Positions 1 to 14,155 of a DNA stretch of 53,232 nucleotides are shown piece after piece. Source of the stretch: Octopus bimaculoides (lineage: Eukaryota); the NCBI RefSeq assembly GCF_001194135.2, contig NC_068990.1, forward strand, positions 2,073,979 through 2,127,210. The letters are read 5' to 3'. The first letter of the stretch is position 1. Each line of letters starts with the position of its first letter. The notes below the pieces were generated by a model. It was not told where the DNA came from. It did not search any database and saw only the letters and a list, made by a program, of their open reading frames with translations. The translations under genes were made by a program, and so were the position numbers.

Positions 1-52
<52 letters not shown>
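1..52. repeat. (AC)n microsatellite
   Basis: Perfect AC dinucleotide run at the window start. Confidence 0.99.
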
Positions 53-58
<6 letters not shown>

Positions 59-1213
59 GAAGTTTGTTTTTAAAGTTAATTATTTTAAAAAGTTTTTAAA
101 ATCTTCTAAAAGATATTTTCTAAAAACAAAATCAATATTTAAACAACAGAATGTCACAAATCTTTGGATAACTTTCGTATATGAAAAACTTTGTGAAACC
201 CAAAACATGATATTTGAAATTTCCCAAAGGTTTTGTGAATTCTGTTTTCTAAATATTTTAAATAGTTAATAACGTGAAAAAAGTGTTTCTCTAATTATAG
301 TAATTGCATCAAGTATAATTTACAGTAACTATATAAGTACATACATATGTACATACTTACATACATACGTACGTACATACATACGTAAGTACGTACTTAC
401 GTACGCACACATTCACACACATTCAAACACACACTCACACACACACATGCATAAGTACATACACGTAAATACATCTTGTTTGGTACCAATTTGTCTTCAG
501 AGTTTAACTGATTGTTTGTAAAATAGAAATTGACACAGTAGATAAGGAGACAATTAGAAGATTGTGGAACCCAGTTTAATGACAAATCGTGAAAACAGAA
601 AACACTAATGTTTCTCTAACAACAAAACGGCGAGGAAGGAAGCTTAGCTGAAATCCGTGGTTTTATGTGTTGGTGTGTATTGTTTCAATATTTGCATTTT
701 GCATTGTGAAAATGATACTTTTATATGCTCAGTATTGAATGTGTGGTAGTGATGTTGTACACTGTTGTACGAGCAGCTGAATTACATACTTCTGACGGTG
801 CGAGTAAGTGGATCAGTATTGTGAAACACGTGTAAGTTTAACGCCATCCTCAGGCAGAATCACAATGGAACAGTGCTTCACGGGACTTCATAAAATATGG
901 GTCAACTCGATACCATAATATGTGACACCTATTCAAGATAACATTCATTGTGTCCAATGACCTGGTAACTGTGGCTCTAAAGAACTTCTGACTAATTTCG
1001 ACATACTGTCATATTGGGCCCCCACGCACGCACACACACGTACGAACTCACACACATGCACACATGCATATAGATAGATTGCTTACGTATATACATGCAT
1101 ACATGCATATATGTACACATACATACACACACACACACACATATATACATGTATATGAATTGGATTTAATTGACAAAAAAACTGCACGACACACACATTT
1201 ATATATTTCTATT

Positions 1214-1275
<62 letters not shown>

Positions 1276-2144
1276 ATATATATTTTTTTTATTTATGTGT
1301 TTCAGCCAAGTGGCTGCGGTCATGCTGGTGCACCACCGTGATTTTCACGTTCCTTGCATGGCTCTTCTCCCCCACCTGACATGGTCCGTATATATATATA
1401 TGGACGGATGCATGGATAGACGGATAGATAAGTAGATAGATATGTATAAGTGCTACTTTAGCTTGCCGTGTACCTGGCTATTTACACTTCTGCGTGCAGT
1501 ATAACCTCAGCTTTGCCAAATATCTAATTCCAACTCTACCCATCTTCCTAACCCAGATCATGTCATTTCACAGCGTACGCTATGGATACTGCGATAGACT
1601 GCATGCTAAAGTAGCAACTTTATATATATAAATAAAGATATGAATGTGCGTTTGTGTGTATGTGTCTGCGATACATAAATCAACATAAGGAGGGACATTT
1701 GAACTGATTGATAAATTGATAATCAAATCGACTGCAGGCATGTTGATGAGGTAGAGAGTTATATAGAAATGTCTCCAGGTTAACACTTTACTTTATGTAT
1801 AAATATCCAGAAGTATTATTTCTGAAATCAGAAGTCCTTGAGAATAATAAATTTCTCCCAGTTCATGAATAGTAGTCAGTACAGTAACCTGGCACTTCCA
1901 CCTACTAGAATTACTTTCTTCTTCCCTATTATTTCATTTAAGTGAGTATCAATGCTACTGGTAAAGCAATTGAAATTCTATGTGTTTCTATACACGTAAA
2001 GCAAATAGGCAAACAACAATTAGATACAAGAGAGCGAGTTGTGCAAATTCTTATGCAATCCGCACAAGACGGGTGTATGTAGAATATCTGCGAATAAGTG
2101 TGTGTGTGTGCGTGTATGTGTCCGTGTGTGTGTGAGTGTGTCTG

Positions 2145-2199
<55 letters not shown>

Positions 2200-5144
2200 T
2201 ATGCACACACATATATTTATATATACACATATATAAATACATATATGTAAACATGCATATATATAAACATACACATACCTATATGTATGTGTGTGTGATT
2301 ATGTGTAAGTGTGTGTGTGTTTGTATGTGTGTGTTTGCGTGTGTGTGTGTTTGTGTGTGTGTGTGTAAGTATGTATTAGATGTTAGAAGTAGTTTTGAAT
2401 TGAGGTTAACATTCAATAGAGATTTATCATAAATTTTATGAAGTATATTTGCTTGAAGTGATACATTTTTGCTTGTAATATGTTGTCTCCTTAAAGAAGG
2501 CAGCTGAAAATAGAATAATTAATGGGAGCACATATTGTCTAGTATGCAAAGACACACTGAACGAACATAAACACGTAGGTGCAAGAAGCACATGCATATT
2601 TGTTTAACATTTTTTTTTTTTTATTCTGTGCTGTCACTGTTCAGGTTTTATACACATACACATACTACATACACTCACAACCCCCCCCACCACCACCACC
2701 ACCACACACATAAATAGGGATACATAATTAGAGAAGATTGTTGAACGTCTTTGTTTGGAAACGGAGAGGTGTGTGTTATGTACAGAAAATAGTGTGTATA
2801 TATTTGATATTGACAATACGAAAAGGTTAAGTTAAAAAACTAATCTTCAAGAATTTTCAACGCAGTTTGTGCAAAGATTTAAAGATTTATGAGTATCTAT
2901 AGACAAAAAAAAAAAAATTCAAATCTAACTATGTTTCTTCACAGAAAGCCCAAAATTCATGCGAACCTGATGCCTGCATATTACATAGGAACCTATGAAA
3001 GAATATCGCCTAGCAGAAACTAGCCTTGGATTATTCCACTAATTATATCATATAATTAATTTGGAAGCAAAGATAATAGATATCAACTTAAAAATAAATT
3101 TGAATCTCTTGCGTTATTTTAAACATCTATTACATGTAAAGATGTTAAACATAATTTTATTGTCAATCCCATATACAATTTGATAAAACTCAGTAGGTAT
3201 CCTTGGAGGATTAGTCAGTAAAAGACATTTGATATTAAATTGTGCATATTATTAAATAGTGCATATCATTATGAAATACTAGTATATCAATATTCAACAG
3301 GTTTAGCAATAGAGGTAAAATGGATTTGATATAGTAGGGTTCTATCTATCTATAAACCAAACAAAATAGCCTTCTTTAAATAGCTTCTGAAGGTCCGTAA
3401 TAATTTTATTCCCGTATATGATCCTGACATGACTATTACTGAGCACACTAAGAACTATTTGTTATGTTGGCATAATTGCTGGGGTTGGCAGGGGTTATAC
3501 ATAGCGGTCTGATATTGTTCTTTATCTACAGGATGATAGAATTTCAGTTGTGAATTATCTGAATTGTATATTTTAGACTTACTTTCGAAGACGTTGCGTT
3601 CCACTGTGTGCATAATGATGGACTATTTAGTCTAGTTTGCGATGTATGAATGACCATATAGCCAAAGAATACATTTCAAAGTATGAATGGCCAAACTGTT
3701 CTGATCATACAACTACTGGGTAGAAGTTTGTCAATATATTCAAAGATTTCAGTATTGCAGTTGATACAAAGCTAAGCGTATTAATTTTCCTAGAGATATA
3801 ACTTATTATTTAGATACTAGTATATATTTTCCTTATAGTAAACCAACTGAGAAAATGCTGCCCATTAATATAAATTCTAAACATCGCGGTCGTAAAAGGA
3901 TGTATATAGCATCAGTTAGCGCGAATCCACCCGATCCTCTGACGAGGAATCCTTTAGAAATAACATATAACGACTTCATAAGAATATATGACACAGTGAA
4001 CAGCGAACATCAGAAGTATTCATTAAAACAAACATGGGAAACAAAAATGAGATATCCATTTCTTCCTATTGTTTGAATGTTCGTTCTCATTTCTCCGGTA
4101 CATTCTTAAATCTTATAGATAAATATTTCTGAATAGACGATAAAACAGTAAATGTCCAAGTAAGCTAGATATACTACAAAAAATTTGCAGTTTCCATTGA
4201 TTATATAAACAGAAGAAACCTTTCTACTATAAACACACAAAATCTTCCCATCTTTATAATTCTATCAACTCTAATATCCATCCTTTGAACCATTTATGAG
4301 ATTCTAAAGCGTGTGTTTATGGAACTACGGATTCTCTTGTAGATGACAGCCAAATAAAAAGTAACATAAGGGTCAATATAAACATTAAATAACATATGTC
4401 CTCGCAACATTACAACACCCGTGCGCACACACTCACACACACACATACACGTGTATGTACATTCAGACATTGACTTCAGAAATACGACGCTATAATTCAC
4501 TATCTGCATATATCTGGGGGATAAATGATTTTAATATTCACGATTATAAACTCAAATGATTTATTATAGAATATGTGAGTTCCTGCATTAATAGTTTCAG
4601 AATGTGAGATCTTTGTCTTGAATGAATGCCCAGCATTCTATTGCAATATTTTCCAAAATTTAAACAAAAGATCCAAACACGTGAATTATCATTGACGTTT
4701 CCATTTTTCACTTAGAGCTATTTTTCACTACCAGTAGCTTAAGAAAATATATTTCGCACATAATGGATTTGACATACCACGAAGGACGATCGATATCCCA
4801 AACAAAAAAAACATTCATGCATTCATCAACAAAAGACTTGATGAAGAAGAGCAGTTTTATGTTCAAAGGTATATTGTTTTTAAACTCTTGGTGGTGAAAA
4901 AGAAAACATGATTTTTGAATGTGGATGAAATTAAAAAAGTCAATGCTTCTACTCACAGCAATGAATAAACGAAAATGTAAAGCGTTTTATACAAGTCTGT
5001 TCGGTAATCAATTAAATTTGAGGCTGTTTTCGAATATTTTGCTCCTATTTTGTCGCTTCTACTAGTTATTAACCATACAAACAAAAGAAGGATTTAGAGT
5101 TGATTCAAGAATTTTCAACTTCTAATATACATGTATAATTGCAC

Positions 5145-5200
5145 ACATACATACATACATACATACATACATACATACATACATACATACATACATACAC
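5145..5200. repeat. (CATA)n tetranucleotide microsatellite
   Basis: Tandem CATA run. Confidence 0.95.
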
Positions 5201-7596
5201 GTATGTCTATCCATATATGCAAACATGTATATCTTTTCTTCAAACAGGTTGCAGCGGAAATGCGTTTCACTACGCCATGCAAGAGTTCCTTGTCCGCATA
5301 TCTTTTGGTAGATTCGTGTTATTTGTTTCTGCCATTTAATCGTCAATACGGTTCATTAGTTTCCGTACTATAATATGGTGCGCAAGTCTCCAACATATAG
5401 CATGTGATATGGCGTGGCTTTCACCGCGAAAGCAGCAGCCATCAATACCTACAAAGCTTCGAGCAACAATAGCAGAGATGAATAAATGTATGCATAACTC
5501 TATTGTGCTCGCGCCGTAAAATGCTTTGAGAACTCGTGAAAAATGTGCTATACATATCATCAAGACGCTCCTGAAGTACCTTCTTCATTGTCCACATTTC
5601 TGCTTCACAAAGGTGAATATGCTCTGCACAGACACTAAATAAGGTCAGAGTTGGTCACTTTGAAATAATTGATGTTAGATATTGAGAAGATGGTTACAGA
5701 CAGTCCGGGCTTGCCCCCCCCCAACTGTCAGGAAAGTCTTTCTTCTATCAGGAAATTTGGGGGCCAAGTTGCTAAAAGCCAGTGACCTTCTTTAGTTATG
5801 TGCCATTTTTAGAACATATGCAAGGAATTTACAGCTTCAATGCACAAAGGTTCATCACAGTTTGTGACAGGCTTGAGTACAAGAGTAGCAGTGATGAGTA
5901 TGACACCCTAATATCTGCTAACAGTGATATAAGATGGAATTGCAAATAAAGGAGTGGACGATGACGTTAAACATTGCTTCCAATAGAAAAGTAACAAAGA
6001 CCGGAGAGGAGTCGAGAAGGTATTGTAGAAACATTAGTCTAGATGCACTAGGAATACCGAAAGGAGTGTGGATTCAGCAAAAGCCATGTTTTATGAAACG
6101 TGAAATGGAAGACGAGAAACATGAAGTTCGAAACAGAATATACACACACATTTAATACTGATAATTATTGGAGTTGTTTAGCCTTAGAGCAACTTTATTA
6201 GAGTAGTCCTAAAAAGCAAAGACGTTCCATCTGTTACTAGCCTGCTTTTCTTTTTATTATAGCAAGGAGTACTCTCTCCAACGTGTCGTGTCCTTCTTTA
6301 TTGAAGAGGGTAAGTAATTTGCGGGAGAAATTTAGTTGCTATTTCTCGCATGATAAGCTCCAGTGTAGAAGCGTTCTCAGTGGCACATACTCATTATCGA
6401 TTATCTTCGTCTTGTTCCATTTCAGTTGTGACTGATAATATCTTTAATCTATGGCTTTTCAGCCATAACCATTTCGTTCATCTCAGTTTCGTTGCCTATT
6501 TTGGACTACATTTCTCTATATAACCCTTTTTTCAAAACAATAAGGTATAACTGATGCAGATTGCTATTTCGTGCAAGTGATGCGATCATTTCGCGCTTTC
6601 GCCATCAAGTATCATTCCGTTCCTTACTGTATTCATATATTTTGGATAAGCCTGTCATACAACTGCAATTCTGGTAATGACATTTCTTCTGCTCTCTTGC
6701 CGATAAAACACAAAAGAAACTTTTTCTTGCACAGTCTAACATCGTCATCGTTGTGCTCATCGTAGCCGTGGTGGCGCTCATCCTGAATATCGTCGTTGTT
6801 TAAATCAACTCAGACATGATTTCAGTGGAGATGAAGTATGTTCTATTCTATTTTTCGAGATTGCATTCAATAATTCCCTTTTTTCTTGAGACAGTAGTTT
6901 ATAATTTAAAAGAGATTTGGCTGCTATGTCTACTAATTTCAGCAAAACCCAGTCAAATACAGGAATCCACTAAAAACAATCTACTTCTCACTTTCTCTCT
7001 CTGTTTCACGCACACACATATTCACACACACGCACGGATAATGACACATACATACATACACATCACAATCTCAAATTTACCATAAACATTTGACCTTGCC
7101 TCGTTAAACGAAAAAAAAATCAATAGTATTGATGCAATAACAAAACAAAAAAAGAAAGATATCAGTTAAACATAGCTGATAAACTTGTAGCATTAACAAT
7201 ACAATATTTAGTTTTATTGTGGAAAAAGTTGGAAAGGAAATTAGTCGCTCACCAGTTTTTGAACAGCTGTCAATTAATTTGTGACCCTATCGGTTACGGA
7301 TTTGAATACATGAATACTAAGAAACGGGCAATTCTGCGCATCTTTGTCTGTCGAAATCTTCACAAAAAAATAAATAAAATAAGTGTTTTGGCAAGATGCT
7401 TCAAACTGGAAGTGTAAGTTGAACTGATACTGGTATTCAAGTAGACAAGACACCATTATTATGCAGTTAAATTCTACTCGTCAAGATGAATGTTTCACTA
7501 TTGAGGCTGTCAGTAGGGAAAAATGACACCCTTCAAAGTAGTATTTTCGACAGAATATGTGTTTGTGTGTCTATGTATGAGTGTATGTGTGTGTTT

Positions 7597-7633
<37 letters not shown>

Positions 7634-7783
7634 GATATATAGATATGCATGCATACACATACGGATACACATGTGTATATATATATGCTGTATATGTATG
7701 TATGTGCACATATACCTATATATATACACACGCAAACATATAGTTAGACATACACACACATATACATATATATATATACATAT

Positions 7784-7822
<39 letters not shown>

Positions 7823-8119
7823 ATAAATATCTTCCCGTGTGTGTGGATATTGGTAAATGTAAGTACACACACATGTTATGCAGACGCAGAGTTGAGAAAT
7901 TCAGCCTAGCTTACACTACAGATATAAATGGTTAGAAGTGACATCTCTCTGAAATATGTAGTTTTTGGTTCTCACCTTTTGAAGAAACAATGACCTATAA
8001 CGAGTTGATGTATATAGATAGTTCATCTTTGCCAGCCATAAGTTCATTTTCAGAATTCCAAGTATTCACACAGTTTCCGAACTAAGAAAAATTAAGTCAG
8101 GTATATATTGGTTTAAAAC

Positions 8120-8331
8120 TTTGACACAAAGCCAACAATTTTCGATAAGAGGGCTACTTCCGTTACATCGAACTGTGTACACAACTGGGGTCGATGTAAT
8201 CTTACTTTTTTGTTCCCGAAAGGATGAAAGGCAATGTCGACCTCGGCAAAATTTGAACACAGAACGTGATGATGGACGAAATACCGCTAAGCATTTTACG
8301 CTGCATGCTAATGATTCCGCCAGCTCGCCGC
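8120..8331 (-). mobile_element. tRNA-derived SINE, family A (central GCCTTTCATCCTTTCGGGGTCGAT-type domain, MetaSINE-like)
   Basis: Minus strand starts GCGGCGAGCTGGCGGAATC (A-box-like) and carries a GTTCAAATT B-box-like motif plus the shared central domain. Several homologous copies occur in the window. Confidence 0.8.
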
Positions 8332-9702
8332 TCTAGGGTAGGTATAAATTAACCCCGATTATGTGTTTGTCCATCTTAAGTAATCGTTTCCCTACTGGAT
8401 AATTTGAATTCAATTCTATCACATAAAACAGTATTCAATCAGCTACATCTAATTAATTTTTCTACCCTGTATCTAAACCCGAACTAGCAAAATCAGTGAA
8501 CAAGACTCTGGACGTAATAAAATTAGAAGAAAACTTTCCTCTGAAATTTACATTTCTGCTGTTTTAAATGTAAGAAACGGTATTACATAATGTAATTCTA
8601 GATGATCTATATCATAAAACAAAAAGATGAACAGTGATGGTTAGACAGCCTTTAATTGTTTTTCTGCTCAGTTAGGATCGCCTTCACCTAATTAACAGGG
8701 ACGTAATCAGCGATGATAACAACAGCTACAGCAGCATCGTATTCTCAGTTATGTAAGCACAGGTCATTTCGTTATTCATGTGCCCGACCTTATACCAGTG
8801 AAATCATACCAACGGCTTATCCCTCTATCGACCGTCTGGTTCCCTATTGATATATTACTCTGAGATAAGTTAAGAGATAAATTTCTTCCTTAACGAGAAT
8901 GTTGACCAAAATTGTACCTCGGTCTTCACGTAGAAAAAGAATGATGGAACTCAGTAATACATCCTAACGAAAGGTTTTTGCAATTGTTAGCTGTGTCTAA
9001 ACCTCAAGCAAAATTCGGGAATTCGAACGACAAACTCGTGGATAACGTCGATGGGAGTTCAAATGCGTCAGTTGCAGTGTTTAAATGTCTCTGCTATGGG
9101 TAAGCAAGAGAGAGGAAGTTCTGTAAGCATTTGGAGTATGAATGAAAAAATTAAAGTTGTAGGTGAATGTCTTCAGGAACCTAAACACGACATTCAGTTT
9201 TTGATTGGATTAAAAGTTTGTACTTTTTGTCTCTCTTCTCTAATCGAAACTTGCCGCTTACTGACATTTGCACCTTAAACTTTTGACTCTCTCACTACAA
9301 TTTTTTATCCACTATCCACTCTCGCTGCCTACATCACTAAAAACTTCTTAATTATACAACTATGCCTGCATCCATGGAAATTACTCTAGTCGATCCCCCT
9401 GTAATGAATAAAATGTAAACTCACTAGAAAGGGTATTTAAACGCCTCCTCTAGATCGGCAAAATCTTCATCAGAAATTCTTTTAGACAAATAGTATTCTG
9501 CTCCGTTATCTTAACTTATTGACTGTTCCTTAATAGCTGCGGGCAATTAGTTTTGAAAGATATGAAAGAAAAACAATTAGAAATAAGTTCCTATACTTTC
9601 TGCAGAGGAGGAATATTTGCCTAATTCAATAACACAACAAAACGTCAAATTTTTGTCCACAACGTTTTTGCCTTGAATAGATTACATTTATAATTTTCTG
9701 AC

Positions 9703-9886
9703 CTGCAAAATGCTTAAAAGTATTTCGTCTGTCTTTACGTTCTGAGTTCGAATTCCGCCGAGGTCGATTTTGCCTTTCATCCTTTCGGTGTCGATAAATT
9801 AAGTACCAGCTGTGTACTGGGGGTCGATCTAATCGCCTGGCCCCCTCCTCCAAAATTTCGGGCCTTGTGCGTAGAGTAGAAAAGAT
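9703..9886 (+). mobile_element. SINE family A copy, 5'-truncated
   Basis: GAGTTCGAATTCCGCCGAGGTCGATTTTGCCTTTCATCCTTTCGGTGTCGATAAATTAAGTACC; homologous to the other family A copies. Confidence 0.85.
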
Positions 9887-10228
9887 GATAATTTTCTGTT
9901 CAAAATATCGTTTTTAGTTTAGATTATCCAAAACAGTCTTTGTTGTTGATTAAGACATCAACAATGGCCTTCGGGAAGACTGAAGTACTACAAGTATTTT
10001 CATTTACGGTGTGATATTAGAAACTATTAACGAAAATCTGTCTAGCTATTATGAAAACTGAGAACCGAAAATATATACGCAGATGCGTGTATTTATATAT
10101 CTAGACGTCTGTGTATAATATATCATAGGCTTCTCATAAACCAATTTTAAATGTCATAGACATCTTAACTCCTTGTTCATACGAAAATACAAATCAAACA
10201 CACCTGCTGATGAGACCCGGACGCCGTA

Positions 10229-11440
10229 CAGGAGAGGACGGACGTTTTGAAATGGCTGTTACTCAGCCCCAGGTAGGGAGACATGTACCATTGGTCCGTG
10301 GTGCTTTAGCATTTCTTTTCTTTTCAGGTGAAGCCATGGCGTTGTGGACGATAGAACATCGTTTGTTTGCCTATGTCAGTTACTTGAAGAATAACGAGTC
10401 ACAGCAGTTCAGCGTGAGTTTCGGCGTCACTTCAACGTTCACCGAAATCAAGCTGTTCCCACTTATAATATTACGTTGGGTGAATGCACTTCGTACGCTA
10501 ATGACTAGGAAACTGGTGGGGATGCCACGAACGGTACGGACCGCTGAGAATGTAGAACACGTCAGCCAAACTTTGATACTGACTCCGAATCGCTCTGCTG
10601 GGAGGCATTCCACTGAACTTGGCATCGGTAATCGATCGGTAAAGCGTATTTTGCACAAAGACCTGCATTTCCACCCGAACATATTGGTCATTGGGCAACA
10701 ATTGAAATCATGGGACTATGCACAGCGGCTCAACTTCGCACGTCAGATGGAAGAAAGTTGTGAGGCAAATAACAACCTCATCTTGTTAATGAGTGATAAA
10801 GCTCATTTTCATCCCAATGGTATGGTAAGTCAACAAAACTATCGTTATTGAGCTCTTGAAAATCATAGAGAACTCAAAAGGACGGTCTGGTGTACTGCTG
10901 GAAAAGCTGCCGCCATTGCTCCTTACTTTATTGAAGACAATTATGGAAATGCTGTTACTGTGAACTCTGAGCGTTACATCGAAATAACAACTTCTTTGTT
11001 CCTGAATTACGACGTATGTATATTCGAAGTATGGTTTCAGCGTCAATGGGCTTCCTTCGCCCTCTCTTCGTTGACTGCCTCATTTCCAAGCTTGCTCATT
11101 TCCTTGGCCCCCTAGGTCCCCTGAATAGTCTATGATTATTTCTTGTGGAAAAACCTCAGGGCATTTGTGTATGCACATAGGCCCCGTATATTTGATGATT
11201 TGAAGGAAATCGCTCAAATCGCTCAAATCTACAGAGCAATGCTGGAGAGAGTGGAGGCCAACTTCCAAGAACACCTTCAGAAATACAACAATGAAAACGA
11301 ACACCACATGATGGATGTTGTTTTCAATACTTGATTTTGACAAATGCTAATTCAATACGAACACATGAAAATTTGTTTGCATCTAAAATTAATGATTTTG
11401 TGATCTTTTCAAAAACATCCGTCCTTTCCGCCCCACCCTG
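10229..11440 (+). mobile_element. Degenerate Tc1/mariner-superfamily DNA transposon, rosa/DD41D-like, near full length (~1.2 kb)
   Basis: TA on both sides (10227-28, 11441-42); imperfect TIRs CAGG...GGACGGA(C/T)GTTTT; transposase motifs PRTVRTAENV, SVKRILHKDLHFHP, SD(K)AHFHPNGMVSQQNYRY, decayed WFQ, WPPRSP...DYFLW. Contains stops and frameshifts. Confidence 0.85.
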
Positions 11441-12117
11441 TATTTATATTTGCAACAAAGCGCCCAATGACAGTGCATTCAGTTTGTTCCAGTTTCTTTA
11501 TCATATAAATGGTAATCTTAGTGCTTAAATTACTTTGGTATTTAATGTAAGGTTTGCGCATTGGAAGATAGTGAGTTCTACAAAATATTCGGTGTCAAAT
11601 TACGTCTCTTAATGTTCAGATTAAAAGTTTCACTGCACTCTGGACTTTGGTATAAGACAAATTTAATTTATGGTCGCTTCGTTTTGGAATAACTAGTTTG
11701 ATCGTGCAAGAATAAAAGGTACTTTCAACCGTTGTGGTGTAAATCAAATTAGAATAAAGAATTGGTGCATATCGACTTGCTGGCAATCACTTCAGTTTCT
11801 TTTCATGGTGTCCTTTGTAGCTAAAAGGGTTAAAGGAGTTGACCTAAATAAAATTCTAATATTAATTTTATTATAACAGTAAAAACGACGTAGATCAAAT
11901 GCATCCACTCATTTCTAAGTTTAGAACATTCTCTGCGCAGTGGGTAAACTAAGAGAACGCTTATAATGAAAGTGATGAGAAAAAGAAACCCATGATAATA
12001 ATGATTTCAAAGTTTGGCAGACGGCCAGTAATTTCGGTTGAGTTTTGATTCTAGAAAATGGCTCACTTGGCACCGTGCAATCGTCGCATCACAACGGCTG
12101 TGATATACGGCTGCCTC

Positions 12118-12252
12118 GATCGACTAGTACGCATTTTGTCAACCCCGAGTGGATGAAACGTTAAGTCGACCTCGGCGGAATTTGAACTCAGAACATGGAG
12201 ACAGACGAAATGCCGCAAAGCATCCTGCCCAGCGTGCTAACGTTTCTGGCAG
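12118..12252 (-). mobile_element. SINE family A copy
   Basis: AAGTCGACCTCGGCGGAATTTGAACTCAGAAC...GTGCTAACGTTTCTGGCAG on + strand is the reverse complement of the family head. Confidence 0.8.
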
Positions 12253-13639
12253 TTACCATTGCAATGCTTTGAGTCCTGTACTGCGTACTTGTCCAATACA
12301 CCAAGCCTTCTAAAGTGAATGTAATCAAGCTGTAGTTATTACAACAAGGCTAGATGAACCGTTTAACACAGAAATTACCAGAAGTGTTTATATGAGTGCT
12401 CGACTTGCATGAAATAACAGTCAAATCTCAAACAATACAACACTGTTTTAAAGACAAATTAGGTAATATAGATCGGGATACAGCAGTCCTGAAAAGAAAG
12501 AAGAAAACAGGATCTCAGGTCTGAATAACTTTGATTATAGTTTTACTGACTAGATTCTTCTATGTTTACAGTAAATTGTAACTGTTCGTATATGTGTATG
12601 TAAGTTTGTTGAATTCATCTTCATTAATGATTACATATTCACACGTTCTAAAAATATATGTAGAAAATTAGTAAACATGTGATTCACTTGATAATAGATT
12701 TGTAGAGGCACGATATATCAAGCTGGTAGCATTGACTTCTATTTAGGTAGAGACTTCTATTGAACCAAGTGTCCTTTTGCCGTCTCCAGTTATCTCCATA
12801 GGTTGTAAACTAGTAATACAAGAAAGTGATTCTGTTTAACAGAATCCCAAACACCAGTAACATCCAAGGTAATTGATTGACAAATATATTTGGTAGATAA
12901 CTTTGAATATTCAGAAATCTTACTTTATTCTGCATCTAAATTATTGAACACGACTTGCAGCAAAGGAATCCGCGACATTGGCATCACAACCAATGTCTTA
13001 AATTCGAAGGACACAAAATCATAGGTGCTATGCCCCCTCCCACCCCATCAGTGCCTAGCTGGCTTCAAAAGAGATGAAATTATTGATTGAAACAAGTACA
13101 CGTTCCAACTATCTCGGAAACATACTGATGTTTACGTTGCTGAAAAGTTCATGTAAACCTAAGTACTGAATGGCCTTTCTGCAGTGATATTAGTATGAAT
13201 TACAAACTCTAGCCTCTACCATCGACACCAGCGTAATTTTTAATTCATCGCTAATAAGTAAATAGTTTACGTTAGCAATTAGCAGGGTGTCGAACCTCTC
13301 CGCCGATTTGCTTGTGCTGTGGAGATAATAAACGAGCTTATGTTAAAAAGCTTTATTTCATTGTCATTTACATCAAATTTGTATTCTATCGTCGTTACTC
13401 TGTTATAATCGGAGGAAGTTCCCTGTTCAAACTTGGCAATTTTGTTAAAGCTATATCTGTCTCCTTAGAATTCCTGTAAATGGAGGGGACGACGTGGTTC
13501 CTTGTAGCAAATAAATATAGGTGGATACAGAGGAGTAGAGCAAAGCAAAGCTTTTACAGCTGCGAGAAATCAAGCCGTTACAAGTCAGTGATAAAGAGGT
13601 TTGTACCCAGATAAGATCATCTGACAAATCAATGTTTTA

Positions 13640-13750
13640 TATTTCTGTCAAATCGACTGACAAGACTTTGGTCGGTCCGAGACTTTAGGAGAATACACTT
13701 GCCCAAGTTGCTACACAGTGAGACTGAACACAGAACCACACAGCCACATT
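13640..13750 (-). mobile_element. SINE family B (CORE-like, resembling octopus OR-type) degenerate copy
   Basis: GACAAGACTTTGGTCGGTCCGAGAC...ACACTTGCCCAAG...GACTGAAC; homologous to 21221-21384. Confidence 0.65.
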
Positions 13751-13941
13751 CCTTTATGTAATATTCATTTAGTTTCAACTTTTATAGATTAACTCGTGTG
13801 CTTGGGTGTCATTCTTGGTGTAGGATCTAAATAAATAGTCATAATTCCTTTACATTGCGTTGTGAGAGATAAAATTAATAGTTAATCAGGAATGAATACT
13901 GTGTATACAGCGGGGAAGGCAATAAACAATGAAACATTAAT

Positions 13942-14155
13942 ATTGGTTTCAAATTTTAGTTCAAGATCAGCAATTTTGGTGGAGTGGGTAAATCGATTAC
14001 ATCGACTCCAGTGCTCAACTGGTACTTATTTGATCGACTCCGAAAGACTGAAAGGCAAAGTCGACCTCGGCAGAATTTGAAATCAGAACATAAAGATGGA
14101 CGAAATGTTGCTAATCACTTTGCCCGACATTCTAACGATTCTACAAGCTTGCAGC
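13942..14155 (-). mobile_element. SINE family A copy
   Basis: GGTACTTATTTGATCGACTCCGAAAGACTGAAAGGCAAAGTCGACCTCGGCAGAATTTGAAATCAGAAC. Confidence 0.82.

Noticed and set aside
4716-4868. 153-nt AG...GT-bounded open segment on + (LFFTTSSLRKYISHIMDLTYH...; alternative frame KIYFAHNGFDIP...)
   Set aside because: No convincing match to the expected upstream CFAP65 sequence, the intervening exons are not found, the donor is weak, and the resemblance to an exonuclease motif is too short.
9440-9475. Minus-strand CTGATGA-AGAT...ATCT hairpin; also CTGATGA at 10207 and GAAACGTT near 30775
   Set aside because: Each lacks either the GAAA box or the core and helix I, so none can be called a hammerhead.
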